In this document: one piece after another, positions 31,860 to 32,000 of the stretch
Numbering within the stretch: position 1 is the first letter of the stretch
Layout of the letters: the number at the start of each line of letters is the position of its first letter
From: Patescibacteria group bacterium
GTDB taxonomy: Bacteria; Patescibacteriota; UBA1384; XYA2-FULL-43-10
Assembly (NCBI GenBank): GCA_041674405.1
Contig: JBAYVT010000003.1
Span: 30,001-62,000 of the forward strand
Reading direction: 5' to 3'
DNA: 32,000 nucleotides
Notes under the pieces: model-generated
What the model was told of the DNA's origin: nothing
The model's database searches: none
What the model saw: the letters and a program-made list of their open reading frames with translations, nothing else
Translations under genes and position numbers: made by a program

Positions 31860-31923
31860 TCGAATCCTCGTATCAAGTATTGTGCATTAAGCCTAATACT
31901 TTATTCTTAATACTTTATTCTCA

Positions 31924-32000
31924 TTATTCAATCTCTATCGCATCAACTGGGCAATGGTCTGCCGCTTCCTTTGCTTTTTCAAAATCTGAGCACCCTTTTT
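31924..32000 (-). CDS. 4Fe-4S ferredoxin, C-terminal fragment (rest outside window)
   Basis: The reverse-strand frame reads …KGCSDFEKAKEAADHCPVDAIEIE*. CPVDAI is the classic ferredoxin cluster-motif tail. Confidence 0.5.
   Translation of the reverse strand, partial: KGCSDFEKAKEAADHCPVDAIEIE

Noticed and set aside
1-32000. Alternative genetic code (UGA recoding, as in some candidate phyla)
   Set aside because: Conserved genes are full-length under code 11. TGA functions as a stop, for example in the sipW-like gene, the LTD gene and the 127-aa membrane protein gene.

Overview
AT-rich, compact bacterial chromosome segment, mostly transcribed on the minus strand. The gene content suggests a Patescibacteria/CPR-like organism (inference only): a membrane-anchored Clp-type ATPase, a PaaX-like small regulator, many small membrane proteins and little metabolism. 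Standard code 11 fits, since TGA is used as a stop.

Recognisable housekeeping genes:
- DNA repair: uvrA (5' end outside the window), dinB, nfo.
- Translation and tRNA modification: lepA, tilS.
- Envelope and proteolysis: murJ, ftsH, an L,D-transpeptidase, a CAP-domain protein, a C39-like peptidase.
- Other: an SDR, a SAM methyltransferase, a metallophosphoesterase, a ferredoxin fragment.
- Four tRNAs: Lys-UUU and three different CAU-anticodon tRNAs (initiator-like Met, elongator-like Met, Ile2-like).

Most interesting loci:
1. 19.5-24.8 kb: a minus-strand module with a SipW-type signal peptidase and three proteins carrying TasA/camelysin-type N-termini. One of the three is fused to a lamin-tail domain and one to a Trp-rich 4-TM anchor. 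A large FN3-repeat anchored surface protein sits next to the module. I read this as a candidate extracellular fibre/adhesion system.
2. 9.08-9.66 kb: a sharply G+C-richer unit of about 0.55 kb with its own near-consensus promoter and terminator, directly downstream of tRNA-Lys. It is either a foreign orphan gene or a large structured RNA.
3. A dispersed family of 42-nt palindromic elements with conserved ends and centre but co-varying arms. Two copies bracket the PaaX-like regulator gene.
4. A GTTC-N7-GTTC direct-repeat box inside a leaderless-type promoter of dinB.
5. A CTAG heptad array between two tRNA genes.

No CRISPR array, transposase or integrase was seen.
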